Shown here in pieces: positions 13,020 to 22,126 of a stretch of DNA of 64,000 nt. The notes beneath the pieces are model-generated. The model ran no database searches and was not told where the DNA came from. It saw only the letters and a program-made list of their open reading frames with translations. The position numbers were made by a program, and so were the translations under genes. This stretch comes from Paludibacteraceae bacterium (GTDB lineage: Bacteria; Bacteroidota; Bacteroidia; Bacteroidales; Paludibacteraceae), in the NCBI GenBank assembly GCA_942493025.1, contig OW818663.1, positions 2,258 through 66,257 of the forward strand, written 5' to 3'. Numbering within the stretch: the first letter of the stretch is position 1; each line of letters begins with the position of its first letter.

Positions 13020-13700
13020 GAGCGTTGAAGACGCGACATCTGTAAACGTCGGGTAAAGCCCGACGAATAGGTCAATACGGAGCATAAGCCACGAAGTGGC
13101 GTAATCAATATTCCATTTTGAACGAAAGGAGGAAATGAGTGCTTATTCCCAAAGGTATCACTCATTGTATTCTACATTATATTCTTTTAAAAATTGTAAT
13201 AATTCTGTTTGGAAAGTCTTTTTGGAATGATGTGTTTTCTGAGTGGAAATGTATTTTACGACCACTTCGACCTCTTTCGGGTTGACTGAAAATGCACCAT
13301 ACCCATCCTGCCAATAGAAGTTTGAGTAATTCTCTCCTTTTGACTTTATCCATTTTGAAGAATGAGATTTGACTTCCTCCAAAAGTTTTACCAAAGCAAT
13401 TTTTTTTGATAATAAGCAAAGTATATGGATATGATCTAAATATCCACCCACGATTATCGGTTGACATTCGAGTTTTTTACAAACACCACCTAAATAGTTG
13501 AAGAGTTCGTTTTCGATAGACTCATCTATGTAGGGGAATCGATACTTGGTGCTGAAAACAAGATGGATGTAGTTTCTGACGAGTGACTGTGCCATAATGT
13601 TAGGATTTAGTGATTACGCCACTTCGTGGCTTGATGTCGCTGCTTTGCAGCTTCATAGGTCTTTACCCTATGTTAGGAGATTACGCCACTTCGTGGCTAA
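13020..13700. mobile_element. IS200/IS605-family (RAYT-like) Y1 transposase locus flanked by REP-like hairpins
   Basis: tnpA ORF flanked by GCCACGAAGTGGCGTAATC (13088) and two inverted copies (13611, 13679) plus further shared hairpins; no tnpB. Confidence 0.85.
13158..13595 (-). CDS. tnpA: IS200/IS605 family Y1 (HUH) transposase, ends 5 codons early at TGA
   Basis: HLVFSTKYR, DHIH (HUH), WQDGYGAFSV, catalytic YI..Q; in-frame tail Y-L-W-E-stop continues to 13143. Confidence 0.92.
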   Translation of the reverse strand: MAQSLVRNYIHLVFSTKYRFPYIDESIENELFNYLGGVCKKLECQPIIVGGYLDHIHILCLLSKKIALVKLLEEVKSHSSKWIKSKGENYSNFYWQDGYGAFSVNPKEVEVVVKYISTQKTHHSKKTFQTELLQFLKEYNVEYNE

Positions 13701-13703
13701 AAA

Positions 13704-13753
13704 AAAATCCCCATCTAATCAAGTTTTTACACTTAATATGGATGAGGATTTTG
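13704..13753 (-). terminator. Probable recA terminator
   Basis: AAAATCCCCATC...GATGAGGATTTT with an A-run on the + strand (U-tract on minus). Confidence 0.55.
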
Positions 13754-13763
13754 CACGGGTCTG

Positions 13764-14783
13764 TTATTTGTTTTTGATAGCTTCCACAATTTTAGCTTCC
13801 AGTTCTGCCGCTAATTCAGGATTATCTTTTACAAGTGTTTTAGAAGCATCACGTCCCTGAGCCAGTTTTGTTTCACCGTAGCTGTACCACGAACCGCTCT
13901 TTTTGATAATGCCGTATTCTACACCAAGGTCAATGATTTCACCTGTTTTAGAAATACCTTCGCCAAACATAATGTCAAATTCAGCTTTACGGAAAGGTGG
14001 TGCAACTTTGTTTTTTACCACTTTCACACGGGTTTGGTTACCAATTACCTCATCTCCGTCTTTCAACTGGCCAATACGGCGAATATCCAAACGCACTGAA
14101 GCATAGAATTTCAAGGCATTACCACCGGTAGTTGTTTCAGGGTTACCAAACATAACACCAATTTTTTCACGCAATTGATTGATGAAAATACAAGTTGTGT
14201 TGGTCTTGTTGATATTGGCAGTCAGTTTACGCAATGCTTGCGACATTAAACGTGCTTGTAATCCCATTTTCGAATCACCCATGTCGCCTTCCAACTCAGC
14301 TTTTGGAGTCAAAGCGGCTACCGAGTCAATCACCACAATGTCCACAGCCGAAGAGCGAATCAATTGGTCGGCAACTTCCAACGCTTGTTCACCATTATCA
14401 GGTTGTGAGATCAGTAATTCTTCGATGTTCACGCCTAATTTTTCGGCATAAAAACGGTCGAAGGCATGCTCTGCATCGATAAATGCTGCAATACCACCGG
14501 CTTTTTGTGCTTCGGCAATGGCATGAATGGCCAAGGTTGTTTTACCGGATGATTCTGGTCCGTAAATTTCAATTACACGTCCGCGGGGATAGCCACCTAC
14601 GCCCAAAGCCACGTTTAATCCCACCGATCCGGTTGAAATGAATGACACTTCTTCCACATGGGTGTCGCCCATTCTCATGATGGTTCCTTTTCCGTGGTCT
14701 TTGTCAATTTTGTCCATTGCCAATTGCAATGCTTTTAGTTTATCTGAGGTAGGTGATTTTACCTCTTCTGCGGTTTTAGCCAT
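13764..14783 (-). CDS. recA: Recombinase RecA
   Basis: GPESSGKTT Walker [45 protein letters not shown]. Confidence 0.99.
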   Translation of the reverse strand: MAKTAEEVKSPTSDKLKALQLAMDKIDKDHGKGTIMRMGDTHVEEVSFISTGSVGLNVALGVGGYPRGRVIEIYGPESSGKTTLAIHAIAEAQKAGGIAAFIDAEHAFDRFYAEKLGVNIEELLISQPDNGEQALEVADQLIRSSAVDIVVIDSVAALTPKAELEGDMGDSKMGLQARLMSQALRKLTANINKTNTTCIFINQLREKIGVMFGNPETTTGGNALKFYASVRLDIRRIGQLKDGDEVIGNQTRVKVVKNKVAPPFRKAEFDIMFGEGISKTGEIIDLGVEYGIIKKSGSWYSYGETKLAQGRDASKTLVKDNPELAAELEAKIVEAIKNK

Positions 14784-14857
14784 AATTGTATAGTTTTATT
14801 TTTATTTATTTGTTTAATAGTTGTTCAGATAAATGTTCGTGTCAATGTTTGTTGTTA

Positions 14858-14865
14858 CAAAGATA
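14858..14865 (-). promoter_or_regulatory. -7 element (TATCTTTG) for recA
   Basis: TAnnTTTG in the uvrD-recA gap. Confidence 0.55.
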
Positions 14866-14874
14866 AACATTTTT

Positions 14875-17187
14875 CTAATTCAGCACTTCTAACTTTGCAA
14901 ACTTCAACAATAAAGATTTTCGACCTTTCTCGCCAAAGTCAATGTCTGCTTTTTCATTTCCATCCACAGTGCTTGTTTCAAGTACTTTACCGATGCCAAA
15001 CATGCTGTGTTTTACGAATGCACCTACCGGGATAGAACTGTTTGTTGTTGGAATTTTAGTTTCTTTTGTGCTTTCAATTTTTACCAATCGTTTGGGTATT
15101 GGCGCTGTGAAATTATCATCAATCACGGGTTTTGAGAATGCCAGTTTGTTGAACCGATTGCGTTCAATTTCTACATCGTCGTCCCAGTCGCCAATGCGGG
15201 CTTGTTTGGGCTTTGCCTCAACGGGCATATCCAGAAATTGCTCGTCGATATCCCTGATAAAACGGCTTGGATTCGAAAAGTTTGTCTTTCCATTTTTAAA
15301 GCGTGATTTGGAATAACTAATAAAACAACGTTCTTCGGCACGGGTTATGGCTACGTAAAAAAGTCGACGTTCTTCTTCCAGTTCTCGCTCGCTCTGTGTG
15401 CAAAAGGGAGAAGGAAAGAGTTCCTCTTCCATTCCCACAATAAAAACGGCTTTAAATTCCAGTCCTTTCGCGGCATGAACGGTCATGAGCGTTATCTTGT
15501 CTTTGTCCGTTTCTTTATCCGTGTCCTGATCGGTAAGCAGCGAAATTTCCGCCAAATAATCGGGGAGTAGTGCAATGCTTTCGCCGGTTTGCTGTTTTGC
15601 TTCACAGAATTCGTGAATGGCCTTGAGCAACTCTTGCACGTTTTCCTGCTTGCTCATATTCTCCGGTGAGCGGTCGATATAGGTGTCGCTGATGACTCCG
15701 GTTGTTTTTACAATACTATTGACCAGATCATAAGCATTTTGCGTTGGTACTTGCTCAGCAAAAATATCAATCATTGCCCTGAACTGAGCCAGCTTATTGG
15801 CTGTACCTGCATTTACGGCTAGATTGTATTTTAGCATATCGTTCAACACGTCCCATGCACTTACAGCATGAAGTTGAGCGCATTCAATCAGCTTGTTGAC
15901 GGTTGTTTCACCAATGCCACGTGCAGGATAATTGATAATTCGCTTCATTGCTTCCTCGTCGTTCGGGTTGCAAATCAATCGGCAATAGGCAATTACGTCT
16001 TTAATTTCCTTGCGTTGATAAAATGACAAACCACCATAAATCCGATAAGGCGTATTTTGCTTGCGCAAGGCCTCTTCCATTACCCGACTCTGCGAGTTGG
16101 TACGATACAAAATGGCAATGTCCTGAAATCGATAATTATTCGAATGACGCAAATCTGCAATCGAATTTGCCACCACAAAACCTTCCTCGTAATCGGTAAA
16201 AACACTTAGTATCTTTATCGGTTTACCAACTTCTTTTTCGGAAAAAACCGTTTTCTTTATTTGCTTCGAATTCTTGTCAATCAAGCTGTTTGCTGCATTA
16301 ACAATGGTTTTAGTAGAACGATAGTTTTGTTCCAGTTTAAATACCTGAGCGTTTTTGTAGGTGTTTTTAAACTGAAGAATATTATCAATATTTGCTCCAC
16401 GAAAGGAGTAAATGCTTTGCGCATCGTCGCCCACCACACAGATTTTTTCGTGCAACTCAGCCAGTTTTTTTACGATCAGGTATTGTGCAAAGTTGGTGTC
16501 CTGGTACTCATCTACCAAAATATATTTGAATATGTTTTGATATTTATTTAAAACGTCGGGGTGATTGCGAAACAGCACATTGGTTTGCAGCAATAAATCA
16601 TCAAAATCCATTGCATCCGCTTGTTTGCAACGGTTGTAGTAAATTTTGTAAATGTCTTTTATCAATGGCACGCGCGAAGCATTGTCGGCCTTCAGCAAAT
16701 CGGTATTCCCCAGATAAGCATCAGGTGTGATAAGGTTGTTTTTAGCGTAAGAGATACGCGACTGTACCACTCCGTGTTTATAGAGTTTATCGTCCAGTTT
16801 CATCTCTTTCACAATGCTCTTTACCAGACTTTTTGAATCGGCCGAATCGTAAATGGTAAAGTTTTTTGAGTAGCCAATGTGCTCTGCTTCCGAACGCAGA
16901 ATGCGCGAGAAAATGGCGTGAAAAGTACCCATCCAAAGGTAGCGGGCTGTGTTTATGCCTACCATATCGGCAATACGCTCCTTCATTTCACGAGCCGCTT
17001 TGTTGGTAAAGGTAAGTGCCAGAATGGAACCTGGAGCCATGCCCGTTTGGAGTAAATAAGCTATTTTGTAGGTCAATACGCGCGTTTTTCCCGATCCGGC
17101 ACCGGCTATCACCAGCGATGCTCCATCTGTATACGTTACCGCTTTTTGTTGACTTTCGTTGAGTTCTTTTAAAAAAGGAAAATCCAT
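14875..17187 (-). CDS. uvrD: ATP-dependent DNA helicase UvrD/PcrA (likely start 17187)
   Basis: AGAGSGKT, TFTNKAA, DEYQD, VGDDAQSIYSFRGA, NYRS, TVHAAKGLEF, EERRLFYVAITRA. Confidence 0.96.
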   Translation of the reverse strand: MDFPFLKELNESQQKAVTYTDGASLVIAGAGSGKTRVLTYKIAYLLQTGMAPGSILALTFTNKAAREMKERIADMVGINTARYLWMGTFHAIFSRILRSEAEHIGYSKNFTIYDSADSKSLVKSIVKEMKLDDKLYKHGVVQSRISYAKNNLITPDAYLGNTDLLKADNASRVPLIKDIYKIYYNRCKQADAMDFDDLLLQTNVLFRNHPDVLNKYQNIFKYILVDEYQDTNFAQYLIVKKLAELHEKICVVGDDAQSIYSFRGANIDNILQFKNTYKNAQVFKLEQNYRSTKTIVNAANSLIDKNSKQIKKTVFSEKEVGKPIKILSVFTDYEEGFVVANSIADLRHSNNYRFQDIAILYRTNSQSRVMEEALRKQNTPYRIYGGLSFYQRKEIKDVIAYCRLICNPNDEEAMKRIINYPARGIGETTVNKLIECAQLHAVSAWDVLNDMLKYNLAVNAGTANKLAQFRAMIDIFAEQVPTQNAYDLVNSIVKTTGVISDTYIDRSPENMSKQENVQELLKAIHEFCEAKQQTGESIALLPDYLAEISLLTDQDTDKETDKDKITLMTVHAAKGLEFKAVFIVGMEEELFPSPFCTQSERELEEERRLFYVAITRAEERCFISYSKSRFKNGKTNFSNPSRFIRDIDEQFLDMPVEAKPKQARIGDWDDDVEIERNRFNKLAFSKPVIDDNFTAPIPKRLVKIESTKETKIPTTNSSIPVGAFVKHSMFGIGKVLETSTVDGNEKADIDFGEKGRKSLLLKFAKLEVLN

Positions 17188-17279
17188 TTTATGTTGAATC
17201 GATAAATTGTTGAAACTGATTTTGAAAAGGCATGAACACATCAACTTGTTGACATGTTTACTCTGTATCTTTCTGTCTG

Positions 17280-17356
17280 CAAAGTTAGCAAATTCATCCG
17301 TTGATTACGAAAATAGTTTTCAACAACTTGTATTTTGGCAAAAAGGACTAACTTTG
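17280..17356. promoter_or_regulatory. Divergent -7 elements TAACTTTG for uvrD (17280-17287, minus) and plsC (17349-17356, plus)
   Basis: Two TAnnTTTG matches oriented toward the flanking genes. Confidence 0.6.
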
Positions 17357-17490
17357 TGCACCCAATGCGAATTTGTTTAACATTGGAGCCGTTTAATATC
17401 AAAGCTGTTTAACTGAGATGGAAGATTGATTGCCAGTCTGTTTCTTGTTATCTTTCAGACTTATAATTCATTCTGTGTAACTAAAATTGT

Positions 17491-18036
17491 ATGCAAAAGA
17501 TTAGTAATTTTATATTGAAATCTCTCGGTTGGAAATTTGTAATCACAGTGCCCGAACCACCTAAAAGTGTAATCTGCATTGCACCGCATACCAGTAACTG
17601 GGACTTTTTTGTAGGACAACTATCCTATTGGGCATTAGGACGGGATGCTTCTTTTTTGATTAAGAAATCATGGTTCTTCTTTCCGCTGAACTATTTTTTC
17701 GGTGCCATTGGTGGAGTTCCTATTGACCGGTCGAAGCGAACCACCGTAACCGATCAGATGGCCGAAGAGTTTAATAAAAGAGAGACTTTTCATTTAGCCA
17801 TAACGCCCGAAGGCACGCGAAGTTTGGTGAAGAAATGGAAAATGGGATTTTATTATATAGCTGTAAAAGCGAATGTGCCTATTCAGTTGGCCTATTTCGA
17901 TTATGCGAAAAAAGAGATGGGTATCACCAAAGTATTTTACCCAACGGGCGATGAGAATGAGGATTTGAAAGTGATACAAGATTATTATCAGGATGTTACG
18001 GCGTGTAATCCGGGGAATTTTCATCTTCAGGATTAA
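17491..18036 (+). CDS. 1-acyl-sn-glycerol-3-phosphate acyltransferase family protein
   Basis: APHTSNWD (HxxxxD), PIDR, TPEGTR motifs. Confidence 0.9.
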   Translation: MQKISNFILKSLGWKFVITVPEPPKSVICIAPHTSNWDFFVGQLSYWALGRDASFLIKKSWFFFPLNYFFGAIGGVPIDRSKRTTVTDQMAEEFNKRETFHLAITPEGTRSLVKKWKMGFYYIAVKANVPIQLAYFDYAKKEMGITKVFYPTGDENEDLKVIQDYYQDVTACNPGNFHLQD

Positions 18037-18127
18037 ATATATAGGTTAAACAAGTTTGTGACTTCACAACTTTATCATTTAATCAACTGTTCAACCATTA
18101 TACAAATCAACCATTACACCTGTACTA

Positions 18128-18898
18128 ATGCGTATTTCACTTATTCAAGATGTTATCTTTTGGGCTGATAAGGCCGCTAACCTCCAAAAAACAGCCGATC
18201 AACTGGCTGCTTTGGCCGGGCAAACTGATCTTGTGGTGTTGCCCGAGATGTTTACCACCGGTTTTTGTACGGCTAAGATTCATTTGGCTGAAACAATGGA
18301 TGGTGAAACGGTGCAAACGCTAAAAGCCTGGGCTCTAAAATACAAACTGGCCATTACCGGAAGTTTTATCGCTACCGAGAATGGATTACATTACAATAGG
18401 GCATTTTTTGTTTTTCCAACGGGCGAAATAGTTACGGCCGATAAGCGCCATTTATTTACTAAAGGTGAGGAACACAAGCATTTCACAGGCGGTGATAAAC
18501 GGATGATTGTGAATTATTGCGGGTTCAATATATGCGTGATGGTATGTTACGATGTTCGTTTTCCGGTATGGACGCGCAATGTAAACAATGAATACGATTT
18601 GTTGATTTATGTCGCTAATTTCCCCGAACGGCGTATCGTCGACTGGGATATTTTACTGCAGGCTCGTGCCATTGAGAATCAGGCTTATGTGTGTGGGGTG
18701 AACAGGATAGGAGTGGATGGACTGGGCATTGATTACAACGGACATTCTACTTTAATTGATTTCAAAGCCAATACGATATTGCATTTCCCCGAAAATGCGA
18801 CCTTTATTCAAACCTTTGAACTGCAACAGGAACCGCTGCAACGCTATCGCGAAAGATTTGCGGTTTGGAAAGACGCTGACGCATTTGATGTTAAATAA
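18128..18898 (+). CDS. Nitrilase-family amidohydrolase (omega-amidase YafV-like)
   Basis: VLPEMFTTGF, DKRHLF, VCYDVRFP catalytic E-K-C triad. Confidence 0.9.
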   Translation: MRISLIQDVIFWADKAANLQKTADQLAALAGQTDLVVLPEMFTTGFCTAKIHLAETMDGETVQTLKAWALKYKLAITGSFIATENGLHYNRAFFVFPTGEIVTADKRHLFTKGEEHKHFTGGDKRMIVNYCGFNICVMVCYDVRFPVWTRNVNNEYDLLIYVANFPERRIVDWDILLQARAIENQAYVCGVNRIGVDGLGIDYNGHSTLIDFKANTILHFPENATFIQTFELQQEPLQRYRERFAVWKDADAFDVK

Positions 18899-18980
18899 AA
18901 CAGGCGGCGAAACTTTATTCTTCCTATGTGCAGAGGACAAAATATGCATGTTGAACAACCACAAAATCAGTTGGAAAAAG

Positions 18981-19095
18981 CCATACGTGTGCAGCAGAAT
19001 TTCCATACGTGTGCAGCTAAATTTCTTCACGTGCGCAACAAAACTTCTACACGTGTGCAACCAAATTTCTGGACGTGAGGAAATTTTGCTGCAAT
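18981..19095. repeat. Degenerate 22-bp tandem array (5 units)
   Basis: ACGTG(T/C)GCA core at 18985, 19007, 19029, 19051 and ACGTG at 19073. Confidence 0.85.
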
Positions 19096-19184
19096 AGTGT
19101 GTAGTCTTGGAAGGCGTTGTTGACTTAATTGGAAAGCGCCAAAAGCTTCGCTGTCGGGCTCATAAAGCTTGATGTGGTTTAGAG

Positions 19185-19946
19185 TTACTGCTTCTCTGTC
19201 AGATATTTCCAATAGCGTTGGGGCATGTGTTGGCGTTGAAGCTTCAGGTTGATACGTTCTTTGATGGTCATCGATTTAAAATAACCCTTCCATAGTTCCT
19301 GAAACAATTTTTCATCCTCTGCCATTCGTTTCTCATCCAACTTACCTTCGGGGAAAAGGTCAGCACTGTCGAGCGTCATTTCGGTGACGGTTTTCATGTC
19401 GTAATAATAACCGTAGTTTCGTTTGGTGTCGTAGATAATCCATTTTTGGTCGGCAAAGCGGTCGGTGAAATGTTCCAACGTGAGTGGTAATGAATTGTGG
19501 TCGGGCGATACGGGTGCAAAGAAGATGTCGTCGGCTGCTTTTTGGAAACGTACCAGTTCTATCAATCGACACTTTTCTTTGTTTACTTTCTGTGCCACGT
19601 TGCGCATTTGCAGCACATCATCGTCGGCAAAATTCATTTCGATGGAGTGCTTGCTGTCGAGCGCCTTACGAATGTAACGGAAAATCAACTCGTCGCTCCC
19701 TGCTAGTTCCGACATCCAAACGTAAGAGAGCATGTTTCGGGTGATGGGCGAGAGCTTTTTTACTAAACCTTTCCAAACGCGACCGGATTTTTCTTCGTCA
19801 GTCACTACAGTGTAACTCTCGTCCACAAACAAAGGCTCAAGTTCCTCCAACCCCAACAGTTTGTCGGGGAAAGTCTTGCGGTTGTATGCATCGAATACGG
19901 CCGTCAGTAAGCCTTCGAGAGTTTTATCGTAGTGGAAAATAATCAT
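19185..19946 (-). CDS. TIGR03915-family putative DNA metabolism protein (DUF4130-type)
   Basis: YDKTLEGLLTAVF start, RFQK, FADQKWIIYDTKR, LWKGYF, HMPQRYWKYLTEK; adjacent to the cognate radical SAM gene. Confidence 0.88.
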   Translation of the reverse strand: MIIFHYDKTLEGLLTAVFDAYNRKTFPDKLLGLEELEPLFVDESYTVVTDEEKSGRVWKGLVKKLSPITRNMLSYVWMSELAGSDELIFRYIRKALDSKHSIEMNFADDDVLQMRNVAQKVNKEKCRLIELVRFQKAADDIFFAPVSPDHNSLPLTLEHFTDRFADQKWIIYDTKRNYGYYYDMKTVTEMTLDSADLFPEGKLDEKRMAEDEKLFQELWKGYFKSMTIKERINLKLQRQHMPQRYWKYLTEKQ

Positions 19947-19956
19947 AGAGTAAAAT

Positions 19957-20083
19957 GACCCCTAACCCCTAAAGGGGGATAAGAGGAGTTGCGAGAATTA
20001 TTTAAATTGAAACTAATTCCTTAAATTAAACGAAATATTGCCAGACGAAACTAATCCAATTCCCCTTTAGGGGTTAGGGGTCA
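19957..20083. repeat. Inverted pair of CCCCT-AAGGGG repeats; right copy supplies the radical SAM stop codon
   Basis: GACCCCTAACCCCTAAAGGGGGAT (+) and TTCCCCTTTAGGGGTTAGGGGTC. Confidence 0.88.
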
Positions 20084-21339
20084 AATAATAAAGATAATTG
20101 TTGTCTGTTATCTTTTCCTTTCGCCATTTTTTTCTCGGTAAGCAATCGTCGTACATACTCGGGTGATGTATCATTAACGTTAAAGGCTGCCAGTTCGTTG
20201 CAGGTAATAAAATACTGTGCTTTTTTCAATGAAACTCCCATTTTTTTCAATGATTCGGAGTTTAAGCGACTGTACCGACGAGTGACAACAATCAATTTCG
20301 CCGATTTTACACCGATGCCCGGGATGCGGAGTATCTGTGAATAATCGGCTTTGTTGATGTCCACCGGGAAATGTTCGGGATGACGCAATGCCCATGCCAG
20401 TTTAGGGTCTATCTCTAAGTCGAGGTTCGGGAACTTATCGTCAACAATTTCATCCACTTTGAACTCATAAAAACGCATCAGCCAATCGGCCTGATACAAT
20501 CGGTTTTCGCGCACCAATGGTGGTTTTACGAGTGCCGGTAGTCGGTTGTCGTTCGTATTTATAGGAATGTAGCCCGAATAATATACTCGTTTCAAGCTGG
20601 GTTGTTGATACATCGATGCCGATATGTTGAGTATTTGTTTGTCGCTATCATCGGTAGCGCCAATAATCATTTGCGTACTTTGTCCGGCGGGTGCAAAGCG
20701 TGGCGCCGAATTGAACTTTCGTCGTTCCTCGCGACTCTCCAGTACTCCTTGCTGGATATAGAGCATAGGAGCAAAAACACTTTTATGGTCTTTCTCCGGA
20801 GCAAGCATCTTCAGATTTTCTTCCGTTGGTATTTCTATGTTTACACTCAACCGGTCGGCATACAGTCCGGCTTCGCGCACCAGTTGCTCGCTGGCTCCGG
20901 GTATACTTTTCATGTGGATATACCCATTGTAGCGATGCACCGTGCGCAGTTGTTTCAGCACACGCACCATTCGCTCCATGGTGTAATCGGGAGTATTGAT
21001 AACCCCTGAACTGAGAAACAATCCCTCGATATAGTTTCGGCGATAAAATTCGATGGTGAGTTCTACCAACTCTTCTACCGAAAAAGTGGCGCGCCGGATA
21101 TCATTCGTTCTACGGTTGATACAATAAGCACAGTCGTAAATGCAGTAATTGGTCAGCATTATTTTAAGAAGCGATACGCAGCGACCGTCCTCGGTAAAGC
21201 TATGGCAAATGCCCCAACCGGCTGTGCTGCCAATGCCACCCGGAGTGTTTTTTCGCGTGGTACCGCTCGACGAGCACGAAACATCGTACTTTGCCGACTC
21301 AGCCAGTGTTTTAAGTTTTTCGAGGATTTCTTCTTTCAT
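20074..21339 (-). CDS. TIGR03916-family putative DNA modification/repair radical SAM protein (likely start 21339)
   Basis: AKYDVSCSSSG, GICHSFTEDGRC, CIYDCAYC (CxxxCxxC), PAGQSTQMIIGA, REnRLYQADWL, HhH LRIPGIGVKSA. Confidence 0.92.
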   Translation of the reverse strand: MKEEILEKLKTLAESAKYDVSCSSSGTTRKNTPGGIGSTAGWGICHSFTEDGRCVSLLKIMLTNYCIYDCAYCINRRTNDIRRATFSVEELVELTIEFYRRNYIEGLFLSSGVINTPDYTMERMVRVLKQLRTVHRYNGYIHMKSIPGASEQLVREAGLYADRLSVNIEIPTEENLKMLAPEKDHKSVFAPMLYIQQGVLESREERRKFNSAPRFAPAGQSTQMIIGATDDSDKQILNISASMYQQPSLKRVYYSGYIPINTNDNRLPALVKPPLVRENRLYQADWLMRFYEFKVDEIVDDKFPNLDLEIDPKLAWALRHPEHFPVDINKADYSQILRIPGIGVKSAKLIVVTRRYSRLNSESLKKMGVSLKKAQYFITCNELAAFNVNDTSPEYVRRLLTEKKMAKGKDNRQQLSLLFDP

Positions 21340-21503
21340 GCTATGCAAAGTAACGGATTTTGGACGAGAAAAAAGGACGAGAATCATTAAAACTTGATGC
21401 TTGTTGATAAGTTTTGGATGCAAGTGACGAACTGTTCTTGTGATTCTGGTTCGTGCGATTTAATCTATTGTAAATCTATTGTTTGCACCTTGATGTGTGT
21501 ACA

Positions 21504-21540
21504 AAAAGAACTCCTGCAAGCTTTCGTTTGCAGGAGTTCC
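21504..21540 (-). terminator. Terminator after the 161-aa gene
   Basis: AAAAAGAACTCCTGCAAG-CTTTCG-TTTGCAGGAGTTC. Confidence 0.8.
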
Positions 21541-21571
21541 ATTATTTTTGAATGTGCTTATTGCTTATCTT

Positions 21572-22057
21572 CTAGTCATCATATCGGTCGTTCCGATCAT
21601 CATATCTTTCGCGGTTGTTTTTGCGTCTGTCATCATTGTTGTTTCTGTATTGATCTTCACGTCTGTCGTCGCGTCTGTTGTCGGAATATCTTCTGTCGTT
21701 GTTATTGTATCTTCTGTTGTCGTTATAATAGTTATCATCATTATAACATTGAGGTGCACGGGAATTTACATTTAATTCTACATATCGTGCGCTGCGAATG
21801 TTGATGTTTCCGAATCTGATGGGTAAGTCCAGGCTTGCACTCCATCTTCCATTGTTTACAGAGATATATACACCTCGTTGAATATCATAATACATATTGT
21901 ATTTAGGGAAATAGACCTGTCGTGTTTGTGATCTGTAACCGTGAGCCGGAGCCCAGACAGGAACTCTATGGTTATTGCGTGCAGAAACTTCGGTTGGCAT
22001 ACTCAAACTAAGTGCGAAAAATACGCTAAGGGCTATTGTGAATAATTTAGTTTTCAT
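21572..22057 (-). CDS. Secreted hypothetical protein with PVWAPAHGYR motif and low-complexity D/N/R tail
   Basis: Signal peptide MKTKLFTIALSVFFALSLSMPTEVSA; C-terminal YNDDRR-type repeats. Confidence 0.75.
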   Translation of the reverse strand: MKTKLFTIALSVFFALSLSMPTEVSARNNHRVPVWAPAHGYRSQTRQVYFPKYNMYYDIQRGVYISVNNGRWSASLDLPIRFGNINIRSARYVELNVNSRAPQCYNDDNYYNDNRRYNNNDRRYSDNRRDDRREDQYRNNNDDRRKNNRERYDDRNDRYDD

Positions 22058-22110
22058 AATGTTTTATTTTAAAAGGATTAGAATGTTGATTTGATTGTAC
22101 TGGTCATATT

Positions 22111-22126
22111 CCAATTTCTGTGCCAA
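22111..22126 (-). promoter_or_regulatory. Sigma-54-like -24/-12 promoter (TTGGCACAGAAATTGG)
   Basis: Near match to TGGCACG-N4-TTGC, 54 bp upstream of the 161-aa gene. Confidence 0.5.

Noticed and set aside
13177-13860. ORFs 13177-13467 and 13597-13860 as tnpB or accessory genes
   Set aside because: No RuvC or zinc-finger motifs; they are an alternative frame of tnpA and a read-through of REP hairpins and antisense recA.
14890-14897. TAACTTTG on the + strand at the end of uvrD (possible antisense promoter)
   Set aside because: It lies in coding sequence where an 8-mer match is expected by chance; no supporting -33 element is seen.
18752-19212. ORFs 18756-19097, 18752-19060 and 19027-19212
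   Set aside because: They overlap real genes and arise from the 22-bp repeat; no family motif is recognisable.
21394-21804. Cys-rich, hydrophobic and Thr/Asp-rich ORFs (21394-21804, 21497-21775, 21565-21759)
   Set aside because: They are alternative-frame shadows of the low-complexity tail of the 161-aa gene.
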